DNA of 64,000 nucleotides from Squalus acanthias (lineage: Eukaryota). Each line of letters starts with the position of its first letter. Position 1 is the stretch's first letter. Location of the stretch: NCBI GenBank assembly GCA_030390025.1, contig JASTWF010000035.1, positions 1,488,001 to 1,552,000 on the forward strand. Direction: 5' to 3'. A model generated the notes under the pieces. The model worked only from the letters and a program-made list of their open reading frames with translations. It did no database searches and was not told the origin of the DNA. A program made the translations under genes and the position numbers. This document shows positions 1-12,500 of the stretch, in pieces.

Positions 1-950
1 TTAGAGGTCCTACTTTTTAATTTAGCTCCTAGCTCCCTAAATTCTGCTTGTAGGACCTCTTCCCGCTTTTTACCTATATCGTTGGTACCTACATGCACCA
101 CGACAGCTGGCTGTTCACCCTCCCTCTTCAGAATGTTCTGCAGCCGCTCCGAGACATCCTTGACCCTTGCACCAGGGAGGCAACATACCATCCTGGAATC
201 TCGGTTGCGGCCACAGAAACTCCTGTCTATTCCCTTACAATTGAGTCCCCTATCACTATAGCCCTACCACTCTTTTTCCCGCCCTGCTGTGCAGCAGAGC
301 CAGCCATGGTGCCATGAACCTGGCTGCTAGTGCCTTCCCCTGGTAGGCCATCTCCCCCAACAGTATCCAAAGCGGCATACCTGTTTTGGAGGGAGATGAC
401 CACAGGGGACTCCTGCACTACCTTCCTGATATTGCCCTGCTTCTTGGTCACCCATTCACTGTCTGTCCTAGCCTTTACCTGCGGTGTGGACAACTCACTA
501 AATGAGCGATTCACCGAGTTCTCGGCATCGTGCATGCTCCAGAGTGAGTCCACCCGCAGCTCCAGCACCGCCATGCGGGCTGTCAGGAGCTGCAGCTGGA
601 CACACTTCCCGCACACGTAGTTGTCAGGGACACTGGAAGTGTCCCTGGTTTCCCACATGGCACAGGAGGAGCATGAAACGGGTCCGAGACTTCCTGTCAT
701 GACTTAACCCTTATGTTACTTTATTACTAAAATTTAAACTTATTTAACTTAGGTCCAGGAGTTAAGTCCCTGAAAACAAAATATAAAATCGAACCTACCT
801 TTTAAATTCCCTCTACCCCTAAAGGTTAGAGGAGGTGGGAGGGTGGGAGTCACTACTAGTGTAGTGTCTCGGGTTTAGCAACCGCTCCACCTATATACGG
901 GTACCAATGAATTGGCCCGGCCCCCTGCCTTTGAAAAAGCCCGCGAAGCT
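1..950 (-). mobile_element. CR1 LINE 5' portion (5'UTR and ORF1: zinc finger/leucine zipper, SGNH esterase)
   Basis: ORF 227..700: CSSC...YVCGKC, heptad leucines, IVIGDSIVR. The upstream boundary is approximate. Confidence 0.85.
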
Positions 951-964
951 CTTTCCCCGCTGGG

Positions 965-2817
965 GGAATTAAATACGTGGGGTTACGGGGGTAGGGTGGG
1001 ATATGTGTATTGTGGGGATTAAAGCAGGGACAGGGTACTGGATTTGGATGATCAGCCATGATCGTATTGAATGGTGGAGCAGGCTCGACGGGCCGAATGG
1101 CCTACTCCTGCTCCTAGATTCTATGTTTCTATGTTTTCACTATGGAGAAGGACGATGCAGACATAAAATTAAGGCAGGGGGACTGTGATATACTCGAACA
1201 TTTTAACATCGAGAGGGAGGAGGTATTGGCGGTTTTAGCAGGTCTAAAAATGGATAAATCCCCAGGTCCGAACGAAATGTATCCCAGTCTGCTGTGTGAG
1301 GCAAAGGAGGAGATTGCAGGGGCTCTAACACATATATTCAGAACCTCTCTGGCCACAGGGGATGTGCCAGAGGACTGGAGAACCGCTAATGTAGTGCCAT
1401 TATTCAAGAAATGGAGTAGGGAAAAACCGGGGAACTACAGGCCAGTGAGCCTAACATCAGTGGTCGGAAAATTATTGGAAAAATTCTGAGGGACAAAATT
1501 AGTCTCCACTTGGAGAGGCAAGGATTAATTAGGGTTAGCCAACATGGCTTTGTCAAGGGAAGATCATGTCTGACTAATTTGATTGAATTTTTTGAGGGGG
1601 TGACTAGGTGTGTGGATGAGGGTAACGCAGTGGATGTGGTATACATGGATTTCAGTAAGGCCTTCGATAAAGTCCCGCGCAGGAGACTGGTCAAGAAGGT
1701 AAGAGCCCATGGAATCCAGGGTGCCTTGGCACATTGGATACAAAACTGGCTCAGTGGCAGAAGGCAGAGGGTGATGGTCGAAGGTTGTTTTTGTGACTGG
1801 AAGCCTGTGGCCAGTGGGGTACCACAGGGATCGGTGCTGGGTCCCTTGCTGTTTGTGGTCTACATTAATGACTTGGATATGAATGTAAAAGGTATGATCA
1901 GTAAGTTCGCGGATGATACAAAAATTGGTAGGGTGGTAAATAGCGAGGAGGGTAGCCTCAGTCTGCAGGATGATATAGATGGGTTGGTCAGATGGGCGAA
2001 ACAGTGGCAAATGGAATTTAATCCGGAAAAGTGCGAGGTGATGCACTTTGGAGGGACTAACAAGGCAAGGGAATACACAATGAATGGTAAGACCCGAGGC
2101 AAGACGGAGGGTCAGAGGGATCTTGGTGTGCAAGTACACAGATCCCTGAAGGCGGCGGAACAGGTGGATAAGGTGGTAAAAAAGGCATATGGGATACTTG
2201 CATTCATTAGCCGAGGCATAGAATATAAGAGCAAGGAGGTTATGATGGAGCTGTATAAAACACTGGTTAGGCCACATCTGGAATACTGTGTGCAGTTCTG
2301 GTCGCCACACTACAGGAAGGATGTGATCGCTTTGGAGAGGGTGCAGAGCAGATTCACCAGAATGTTACCCGGGCTGGAGTGCTTCAGCTATGAAGAGAGA
2401 CTGGGCAGATTGGGTTTGTTTTCCTTGGAGCAGAGGAGGCTGAGGGGGGACATGATTGAGGTGTACAAAATTATGAGGGGCATAGATAGGATGGATACTA
2501 AGGAGCTTTTTCCCTTAGTAGAGGGGTCTATAACAAGGGGGCATAGATTCAAGATGAAGGGCGGGAGCTTTAGAAGGGATTTGAGAAAGAACTTTTTCAC
2601 CCAGAGGGTGGTTGGAGTCTGGAACTCACTGCCTGCAAGGGTTGTGGAGGCAGGAACCCTCACAACATTCAAGAAGCATTTGGATGAGCACTTGAAATGC
2701 CATAGCATACAAGGCTACGGACCAAATGCTGGAATATGGGATTAGATTAGACAGGGCTTGATGGCCGGCGCGGACACAATGGGCCGAAGGGCCTCTATCT
2801 GTGCTGTATAACTCTAT
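965..2817 (+). mobile_element. CR1 3' tail (about 965-1135) followed by a 5'-truncated CR1 ORF2 RT (1136-2817)
   Basis: [41 protein letters not shown]. Frameshift near 1487. 3'UTR hairpin and ctatg tail. Confidence 0.93.
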
Positions 2818-3709
2818 GGGGTAAAAATTCACTTGGTTGCGCCTCCCGTTAGCGCCTTAAGAGGGCGCTAATGGGGCGCAAAGCCGCTAACGCCCGGGCG
2901 CAGCGATGTTTGCGCCGCTCGAGAACTTAACTTGAGATTGTGCGGCGGCGCTAAAACTTACCGCTGCGACCACCTGCGCGCGCAGATTGTGACGTCATTC
3001 CATGGTGCAACGCCCTTGTGGCGCCCCGTAGCGGAAATTGAGTGGCGCCCCCTGCCTTACCGCCTGGCGCTTCCAACGACCAGAAGACTGGAACGCTATC
3101 AATCGCTGTGGGGCTGGGGGGGGCGCTATTTAAAGGGGGCCTCTTCCTGTCTTTTATTGTTGGTGGCATTTTTGAACTACGCATTCTGAGAGAGAGAGGG
3201 AGAGACTTCTGGAGAGATTCAACGTTGTGTGAAGGAGTTTTGGGTACTGAGCAGCCCTTTGCAGGTTCATTTTGATTTGCCATTCCTTGTATCGATTTAG
3301 CAGAGACTGTGGGAGCTGCACTCTGATCTCTTGCCTGGTACTCTCCATTGTTCTTTCCAGCACATTTGATGTGCAAGTCTCTCCAGGCCGAGATTCAAGG
3401 CAGCAATGAACAGGATGTGGATGGAAAGCAAGATTAACCATCCCCTTTAAGAACTGGCCCGTGCCATTGTGTGTGTGTTCCATTGCTGACTGACATTACA
3501 TGAGCTTCGCCAGCGCTCCGAGTTAGCGCCTCACTGCTCTGCCTTTGCGCCTTAAGAGAGGTGTGCAGCGCCTGCTTTAGCGCTCCACTCACCTCCCGGG
3601 GCGGTAAAAGTGAAGTTTCCTGTCAGTGCCGATAATTAGCGCCAGGCGCTAATATTTGCGTCCGGACGATATTTGCGCCCCAAATGGGGCGCGACCTAAT
3701 TTCTACCCC
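2818..3709 (-). mobile_element. Non-autonomous Harbinger family-1 MITE, inverted relative to 44683-48899
   Basis: TAT|GGGGTAAAAATT...AATTTCTACCCC|TAT. Both ends closely match the ends of the 44683 element. Confidence 0.93.
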
Positions 3710-3732
3710 TATGACTCTATCTATGACTCTAT

Positions 3733-4624
3733 GGGGGAGAAATTCAGTATCGCCCCATTTGGGGCGCAATTATCGGCCGGGCGCAAAGATTAGCGCCTGC
3801 GCTAATTATCGCCACCGACTGCAAACTTGACTTTTATCGCCCCTGGAGGTGAGTGGAGCGCTAAATCAGGCGCTTCACACCTGTCTTAAGGTGCAAAGAC
3901 CGAGGAGCGAGGCGCTACCTCAGAGCGCTGGCGAAGCTCATGTGATGTCAGTCAGCAATGGAACACACACACAATGGCACGGGCCAGTTCTTAAAGGGGA
4001 TGGTTAATCTTGCTTTCCATCCACATCCTGCTCATTGCAGCCTTGAATCTCGGCCTGGAGAGACCTGCACATCAAATCTGCTGGAAAGAACAATGGAGAG
4101 TACCAGGCAAAGAGCTCAGAGTGCAGCCCCCACAGTCTCTTCTAAATCTATACAAGGAGTGGCAAATCAAAATGAACCTGCAAAGTGCTGCTCAGTACCC
4201 AAAACTCCTTCACACAACGTTGAATCTCTCCAGAAGTCTCTCTCTCTCTCTCTCAGAATGCGTGGTTCAAAAATGGCACCAACAATAAAAGGCAGAAGTG
4301 GTCACCTTTAAATAGCGCTCCCCCAGTCCCTTCATGACTGCAAAACACTCCCCTCAACCTGTCGTTGCTAGCGTCAGGCGGTAAAGCAGGGGGCGCCACT
4401 CAATATCCGCTCCGGGGCGATACCGGGGCGTTGCGCACTCGACTGACGTCACGATCTGCCAGGCGCAGGAGATCATGGCGGTAGTGTTTAGCGCCGCCGC
4501 AAAATGTCTAGTTAATTTCGCGAGCGGCGCAAACTTCGCCGCGCCTGGGCGCTAGATGCTTTGCGCCCCATTAGCGCCCACTTAAGGCGCTAACGGGAGG
4601 CGCAACCAACTGAATTCTTCCCCC
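3733..4624 (+). mobile_element. Non-autonomous Harbinger family-1 MITE
   Basis: TAT|GGGGGAGAAATTCAG...CTGAATTCTTCCCCC|TAT. Homologous to 2818-3709 (inverted) and to 28662-29516. Confidence 0.93.
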
Positions 4625-4627
4625 TAT

Positions 4628-5250
4628 GACTCCCCACCCCCACTCCCCACTCCCCACCCCCAAACCCCCACTCCCCAGCCCGACTCCCCATCCCCCAATC
4701 CCCACCTCCACTCCCCACCCCCACCCGCCATCCCACACTCCCCATCCCCACCCTCATCCCCACCCCCACTCCCCACTCCCCACCCCCACTCCCCACCCCC
4801 ACTCCCCACTCCCCACCACCACCCACACCCCCACTCTCCACCCCCACTCCCCACTCCCCACCCCCACTCCCCACCCCCACACCCCACCCCCACTCCCCAC
4901 TCCCCACCCCCACTCCCCACCACCACCCACACCCCCGCTCTCCACCCCCACTCCCCACTCCCCACCCCCACTCTCCACCCCCACTCCCCACCCCCACTCC
5001 CCACTCCCCACCCCCACTCCCCACCGCCACTCCCCACTCCCCACCGCCACCCACACTCCCCACTCCCCACTCCCACTCCCCATCCCACCCTCCCCACTCC
5101 CCACCCCCACTCCCCACCCACACTCCCCATCCCACCCTCCCCACTCCCCACTCCCACTCCCCACCCACACTCCCCACTCCCCACCCACACTCCCCACCCA
5201 CACTCCCCACTCCCCACCCACACTCCCCACTCCCCATCCACACTCCCCAC
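4628..5250. repeat. C-rich simple tandem repeat (ccccact/ccccac)n
   Basis: Directly visible; G-rich on the minus (host-sense) strand. Confidence 0.95.
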
Positions 5251-5620
5251 GATCTTCCTTTATATGTGTTAAATTTCCTCTACTGCTGCTCTTTGCACTT
5301 GCAAACTTCATTTCAGTCATTCTCTAGGTGCCTGGCTGCCTCCTCAGGTTTTATTCCTTTCTCCTGGGTTCACATCATCGTCAAACATAACCAATTGAGC
5401 TTTTGAAACCAAGTCACTTCATAGAAACAATGGAATTTCTCACTTCCCTCAGTCTTCCCTCCCACAATCTACAGCCTTTGAAAACCCAAGCCTGACATGA
5501 CCTAATCGCTAGCTCCTGATTCATCTCCTCCCTTTCCAGCCTCGCTCCTTGTTCTGTACTGTGGGCCCTGACGCTAGGCCTGGGTCACTCATGTTGGACA
5601 TATTCAGAGAAACCACCCAC

Positions 5621-5686
5621 CATTGCATTGTCCGCCACAAGCACCATCTCGATGTGCCTCGTCTCTTGTAGCACATTCCTTTTCAT
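5621..5686 (-). CDS. ADAM metalloprotease exon: furin site and start of reprolysin catalytic domain, 66 bp
   Basis: ttctcttttaccAG|exon|GTgggt. Translates MKRNVLQETRHIEMVLVADNAM. With the previous exon it forms R|MKR (RxKR furin site), followed by the 'YVELVIVAD'-type first strand. Confidence 0.92.
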
Positions 5687-6010
5687 CTGGTAAAAGAGAA
5701 AATCTCAGTCAGTTTGAGGTGAAATTGTACAGCGGGCCATGGCTGGGAGGGAGCCAATCAGAAGCCAAGTCACATGGGCCCTCCTTTTTATTTTAAATAT
5801 GGGTGTTTTAGCCTGACCCTGTGTCACTATTTAAAACAACCCCACCCTGCACATAACAAAGGCCTTTTTATCAACCAGTTATTTCCTCCTTCCTCTCCCT
5901 GCAACGCCACTCCCCTCCCCTCCTCCCTCCCTCCCTCCCTCACTCCCCTCCCTCCCTCCCTCACTCCCCTCACTCCCCTTCTTTCTCCTGCCTCCCTCCC
6001 CTTCCTTTTC

Positions 6011-6017
6011 CCTGCTG

Positions 6018-6053
<36 letters not shown>

Positions 6054-6420
6054 AGGTCATGGGTTCAAACCCTGACACTTCAGTGCAGTCCTGAGGGAGT
6101 GCTGCACTGTCGGAGGTGCCGTCTTTTTGTTGAGATGATAAAGCGCGTCCCCGCTCAGGTGGATGTAAAAGATCCCATGGCACTATTCAAAGAAGAGCAG
6201 GGGAGTTCTGCCCATTGATCTGGCCAATCCCTCAACCAACATCACTAAAACAGATTATCTGCTCATTATCTCATTGCTGTTTGTGGGACCTTGCTGTGCG
6301 CAAATTGGCTGCAGCGTTTTCTGCATTACAAGAGTGACCACACTTCAAAAGTACTTCATTGGCTGTAAAACACTTTGGGACGACTGAGACTGTGAAAGGC
6401 GCTATAGAAATGCAAGTCTT
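6011..6420 (+). mobile_element. tRNA-derived SINE with Deu-like core (DeuSINE/SacSINE1-like)
   Basis: A box tggctcagtgg, B box ggttcaaacc, core gagggagtgctgcactgtcggaggtgccgtc...aaagatcccatggcactatt, tail gtgaaaggcgctatagaaatgcaag. The family name is from recollection. Confidence 0.75.
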
Positions 6421-6579
6421 GTACCTTCTTGTTCAGGATTCCCCATTCAAGGAAGTAGTTTATCTCTATCTAACCAATCAAATCCTTCCATCATTCGATC
6501 ACCCTTGAACTTCCTAAACTCAAGGGAATACAAGTCAAGTTTGTGCAACTTGTCTGCATAATTTAACCCTTTAAGCCCT

Positions 6580-9500
6580 TCCACATAAGGGACTGTTAAC
6601 GAAGAGGGAGCGGCCCTGGGAGTCCTCAACATTGACTCTGGACTCTATGAAGTCTCATGGCATCAGGTCAAACATGGACAAGGAAACCTCCTGACTCCTG
6701 ACCCCATGAAGTCTCAAGGTAACCTCCTGCTGATTACCACCTACCGCCCTCCCTCAGCTGATGAATCAGTACTCCTCCATGTTAAACACCACTTGGAAGA
6801 AGCTCTGAGGGTAGCAAGGGCACAGAATGCACTCTGGGTGGGGGACTTCAATGTCCATCACCAAGAGTGGCTCGGTAACAGCACTACTGATCGAGCTGGC
6901 TGAGTCCTGAAGGTGATAGCTGTCAGACTGGCATTGCAGCAGGTGCTGAGAGGAGGGAAAACCCTATTTGACCTCATCCTCACCAATCTACCTGTCGCAG
7001 ATGCATCTGTCCACAACAGTATTGGTAGCAGTGACTACCGCACAGTCATTGTGGAGACGAAATCCCGTCTTCACACCGAGGACACCCTCCATCGTGTTGT
7101 GTGGCACTACCATCGTGCTAAATGGGATAGATTCAGCACAGATCTAGCAGCTCAAAACTGGGCATCCATGAGGCGCTGTGGGCCATCAGCAGCAGAAGAA
7201 TTGTATTCCACCATAATCTGTAACCTCATGGCCCGGCATATCCCTCACTCTACCATTACCATCAAGCCAGGCGACCAACCCTGGTTCAATGAGGAGTGTA
7301 GAAGAGCACGCCAGGAGCAGCACCAGGCGTACCTAAAAATGAAGTGTCAACCTGGGAAATCTGCAAGATAGGACTACGTGCATACTAAACAACGGAAGCA
7401 GCATGCTATAGGCAGAGCTAAGTGATCCCACAACCAACGGAGCAGATCAAAGCTCTGCAGTCCTTCCACATCCAGTCGTGAATGGTGGTGGACAATTAAT
7501 CAACTGACGAGAGGAAGAGGCTCCATGAACATTCCCATCCTTAATAATGGTGGAGCCCAGCACGCGAGTGCAAAAGACAAGGCTGAAGCGCTTGCAAACA
7601 TCTTCAGCCAGAAGTGCCGAGTGGATGATCCATCTCGGCCTCATCCTGAGGTTCCCACCATCACAGAAGCCAGTCTTCAGTCAATTCGATTCACTCCACG
7701 TGATATCAAGAAACAGCTGAGCACAATGGATACAACAAAGGCTATGGGCCCCGACAATACCCTGGCTGTTGTGCTGAAGACTTGTGCTCCAGAACTAGCC
7801 ATGCCTCTAGCCAAGCTGTTCCAGTACAGCTACAACAATGGCACCTGCCCGACAATGTGGACATTTTTTAAAATTCATTTATGGGATGTGGGCGTTGCTG
7901 GCAAGGCCAGCATTTATTGCGCATCCCTAATTGCCCTTGAGAAGGTGATGGTGAGCCGCCTTCTTGAACCGCTGCAGTCCGTGGGGTGAAAACTGCCCAG
8001 GTATGTCCTGTCCACAAAAAGCAGGACAAATCCAATCTGGCCAATTACCGCCCCATCAGTCTACTCTCAATCATCAGCAAAGTGATGGAAGGTGTTGTCG
8101 ACAATGCTATCAAGCGGCACTTACTCCCTGGTGCAAGGGTCAACGATTTCTCGGAGCGGCTACAGAACATTTTGGAGGGGGAGGGTGAACAGCCAGTTGT
8201 CGTGGTGCATATAGGCACCAACGATATAGGTAAAAAATGGGATGAGGTTCTAAAAGCAGAATATCGGGAGTTAGGAGGTAAATTAAAAAATAGGACCTCA
8301 AAGGTAGTAATCTCAGGCTTGCTACCAGTGCCACGTGCGAGTCAGAGTAGAAATAGGAGGATATTTCAATAGAATATGTGGCTGGAGGAATGGTGCAAGG
8401 GGGAGGGATTCAAATTCCTTGGATATTGGAACCGGTTCTGGGGGAGGTGGGACCAGTACAAACGGGACAGTTTGCACCTGGGCAGGGCCGGCACCGATGT
8501 CCTAGGGGGAGCGTTTGCTAGTGCTGTTGGGGAGGGTTTAAACTAAAGTGGCAGGGGGTTGGGAACCTGAGCAGGGAGACAGAGGAAAGGGAAACAAGGA
8601 TAAAAGCAAAAGACAGGAAGGAGAAAAACAAAAGTAGAAGGCAAAGAACTCAACGGTTTAAATCAAACATGGTCACAGTAAATAATAATTCATATAAGTC
8701 TGACAGCGTTAAAAAAACAAGCCTGAAGGCTTTGTGTCTTAATGCAAGGAGCATTCGGAACAAGGTGGATGAATTATGCTGCGCAAATAGAGGTAAATGA
8801 ACACGATTTGATTGGGATTACAGAAACATGGCTCCAGGGTGGCCAAGGCTGGGAACTCAACATCCAGGGGTATTCAATATTTAGGAAAGATAGGCAAAAA
8901 ATAAAGGGAGGTGGGGTAGCATTGCTGGTTAAAGAGGGGATTAACACAATTGAAAGGAAGGATAGTAACTCTGATGATGCGGAATCTGTATGGGTAGAAC
9001 TGAGAAATAACAAGGGGCAGAAAACGTTAGTGGGAGTGGTATATAGACCTCCAAACAGTAATACGGAGGTTGGGGACGGCATTAAAAGGGAAATTAGAGA
9101 AGCATGCAGTAAGGGCATAGCAGTCCTCATGGGTGACTTTAATTTACATATAGATTGGGCTAACCAAATTAGTAAAAATACTGTGGAGGAGGAATTCCTA
9201 GAATGTTTACGGGATGGTTTTCTGGAACAATATGTTGAGGAACCAACCAGAGATCAGGCTATCTTAGACTGGGTATTATGTAACGAGAAAGGATTAATTA
9301 GCAATCTTGTTGTACGAGGCCCCTTGGGTCAGAGTGAGCATAATATGATAGAATTCTTCATTAGGATGGAGAGTGAAGTAGTTGAATCAGAGACTAGGGT
9401 CCTGAATTTAAATAAAGGAAACTACGATGGTATGAGGCGCGAATTGGGTAGGATTGATTGGGGAATGTCACTCAAAGGATTGACGGTGGATAGGCAATGG

Positions 9501-12500
9501 CAAACATTCAAAGACTGCATAGATGAACTACAGAATTTGTTCATCCCAGTGTGGCATAAGAATAAAACAAAAAGGGTGACTCAACTGTGGCTAACAAGGG
9601 AAATTAGGGATAGCATAAGATCCAAGGAGAGGCCATATAAATTGGCCAGAAAAAGCAGTAACCCTGAGGATTGGGAGCAGTTTAGGATTCAACAAAGGAG
9701 GACAAAGGGATTAATTAAGAGGGGGAAAATAGAATATGAAAGTAAGCTTTCAGGGAACATAAAAACTGACTGTAAAACCTTTTATAGATATGTGAAGAGA
9801 AAAAGATTAGTGAAATTTAGTGTAGGTCCCTTGCAGTCAGAAGCGGGGGAAGTTATAATGGGGAACAAAGAAATGGCAGACCAATTAAATGCATATTTTG
9901 GTTCTGTCTTCACAAAGGAGGACACAAATAACCTCCCAGAGATGTTGAAGAACATAGAGTCTGATGAAAGGGAGGAACTGAAAGAAATCATTATTTGCAG
10001 GGAAATGGTGTTAGGGAAATTGACGGGATTGAAGGCCGATAAATCCCCAGGGCCTGATAATCTACATCCTAGGGCACGTAAGGAAGTGGCCCTAGAAATA
10101 GTAGATGCATTGCTGATCATCCTCCAACATTCGATGGAATCTGGAACTGTACCCATGGATTGGAGGGTAACTAATGTTACCCCACTATTCAAAAAGTGTG
10201 GTAGAGAAAAGCAGGAAATTACAGACTGGTAAGCCTGACATCGGTAGTGGGGAAAATGCTAGAGTCCATTATAAAGGATGTAATAGCTGAGCACTTGAAA
10301 AACAGTGACAGGATCGGACAAAGTCAACATGGATTTACAAAAGATAAATCATGCTTGACTAATCTACTGGAATTTTTTGAGGATGTAACTAGGAAAATAG
10401 ATAAAGGAGAACCAGTAGATGTGGTGTATTTGGACTTTCAAAAGGCTTTCGATAAGGTCCCGCATAAGAGATTAGCGTGTAAAGTTAAGGCACATGGGAT
10501 TGGGGGCAAGGTATTGACTTGGATAGAGAACTGGTTGGCGGACAGAAAGCAGAGAGTAGGAATTAATGGGTCTTTTTCCGAGTGGCAGGCAGTGACTAGT
10601 GGGGTACCGCAGGGTTCGGTCCTTGGACCCCAGCTATTCACAATATACATTAATGATCTAGATAAGGGAACTAAATGTAATATCTCCAAGTTTGCAGATG
10701 ACACAAAGCTGGGTGGGCGTGTGTGCTGCGAGGAGGATACCGAGAAACTCCAGGATGATTTGGACAGGTTGGCTGAGTGGGCAGAAGCATGGCAGATGCA
10801 ATATTTCGTGGATAAATGCGAGGTTATCCACTTTGGTGTCAAAAATAGAAAGGCAGACTATTATCTGAATGGCAATAGATTGGGAGAAGGGGAAGTGCAA
10901 CGAGACCTGGGTGTCCTTGTGCACCAGTCGCTGAAGGTAAGTATGCAGGTGCAGCAGGCGGTGAAGAAGGCAAATGGTATGTTGGCCTTCATAGCGAAAG
11001 GGTTTGCGTATAGGAACAGGGATGTCCTGCTGCAGTTGTACAGGGCATTGGTGAGACCACACCTTGAGTATTGTGTGCAGTTTTGGTCGCCTTATCTGAG
11101 GAAGGATGTTCTTGCCATGGAAGGAGTTCAGCGAAGATTCACAAGGCTGATACCTGGGATGGCAGGAATGACATATGAGGAGAGATTGGGTCGATTGGGC
11201 TTATACTCGCTGGAGTATAGAAGAATGAGAGGGGATCTCATCGAAACATATAAAATTCTGACAGGTCTGGACAAACTAGATGCAGGAAGAATGTTCCTGA
11301 TGGTCGGAGAGTCCAGAACCAGGGGTCATAGTCTAAGGATAAGGGGTAAGCCATTTAGGACAGAAATGAGGAAGAATTTCTTCACCCAGAGAGTGGTGAA
11401 CCTGTGGAATTCTCTACCACAGAAGGCAGTTGAGGCCAAGTCATTAAATATATTAAAGAATGAGTTAGATATATTTCTTAAAGCTAAAGGTATCAAGGGA
11501 TATGGGGAGAAGGCAGGTACAGGGTACTGAGTTTGGATGATCAGCCATGATCTCATCGAATGGCGGAGCAGGCTCGAGGGGCCGAATGGCCTACTCCTGC
11601 TCCTATCTTCTATGTTTCTATGTTACTCACCAATAACCTGCTCACTGATGCTCAGTTTGGGTTCCACCAGGACCACTCAGCTCCCGACCTCATTACAGCC
11701 TTGGTCCAAACATGGGCAAAAGAGCTGAATTCCAGAGGTGAGATGAGAGTGACTGCCCTTGACATCAAGGCAGCATTTGACCAAGTGTGGCATCAAGAAG
11801 CCCAAATAAAATTGAAGTCAATGGGAATCAGGGGAAAGACTCTCCACTGGCTGGAGTCATACCTAGCACAAAGGAAGATGGTTGTGGTTGTTGGAGGCCA
11901 ATCATCTCAGCCCCAGGACATCGCTGCAGGAGTTCCTCAGGGCAGTGTCCTAAGCCCAACCACCTTCAGCTGCTTCATCAATGACCTTCCCTCCAACATA
12001 CGGTCAGAAATTAGGATATTCGCTGATGATTGCACAGTGTTCAGTTCCATTTGCAACTCCTCAGATAATGAAGCAGTCTATGCCCGCTTGCTGCAAGACC
12101 TGGATGACATTCAGGCTTGGGCTGATAAGTGGCAAGTAGTGTTCATGCCACACAAGTGCCAGGCAATGATTATCTCCAACAAGAGAGACTGAGAAGAGAC
12201 TGGGTCGATTAGGCCTGTATTCACGAGAGTTTACAAGAATGAGAGGGGATCTCATTGAAACGTATAAAATTCTGACAGGGCTAGACAGACTGGATGCAGG
12301 GAGAATGTTTCCCCTGGCTGGGGCGTCTAGAACAAGGGGTCACAGTCTCAGGATACGGGGTAGGATATTTAGGATTGAGATGAGGAGAAATTTCTTCACT
12401 CAGAGGGTGGTGAACCTGTGGAATTCTCTACCACAGAAGGCTGTGGAGGCCAAGTCACTGAATATATTTAAGAAGGAGATAGATAGATTTCTAGACACAA

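Noticed and set aside
1564..2310. Antisense ORFs over CR1 RT (many similar cases)
   Set aside because: Shadow frames of the LINE coding sequence with no independent motifs.
3958..4311. Conserved small ORF repeated at 3154, 3958 and 28888 (MEHTHNGTG...)
   Set aside because: It recurs only because it lies in MITE copies. It crosses the deletion junction and is frameshifted between copies.
4590..5327. Long Gly/Trp- and Pro/His-rich ORFs
   Set aside because: Open in several frames on both strands because the simple repeat lacks stop codons.
5250..5330. Next ADAM exon downstream of the 66-bp exon
   Set aside because: No convincing acceptor, and the translation lacks recognisable reprolysin similarity. 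The next exon is probably outside the window.
6011..6075. tRNA gene (also 55253-55345)
   Set aside because: A and B boxes are present, but there is no complete cloverleaf and the sequence continues into a SINE body.
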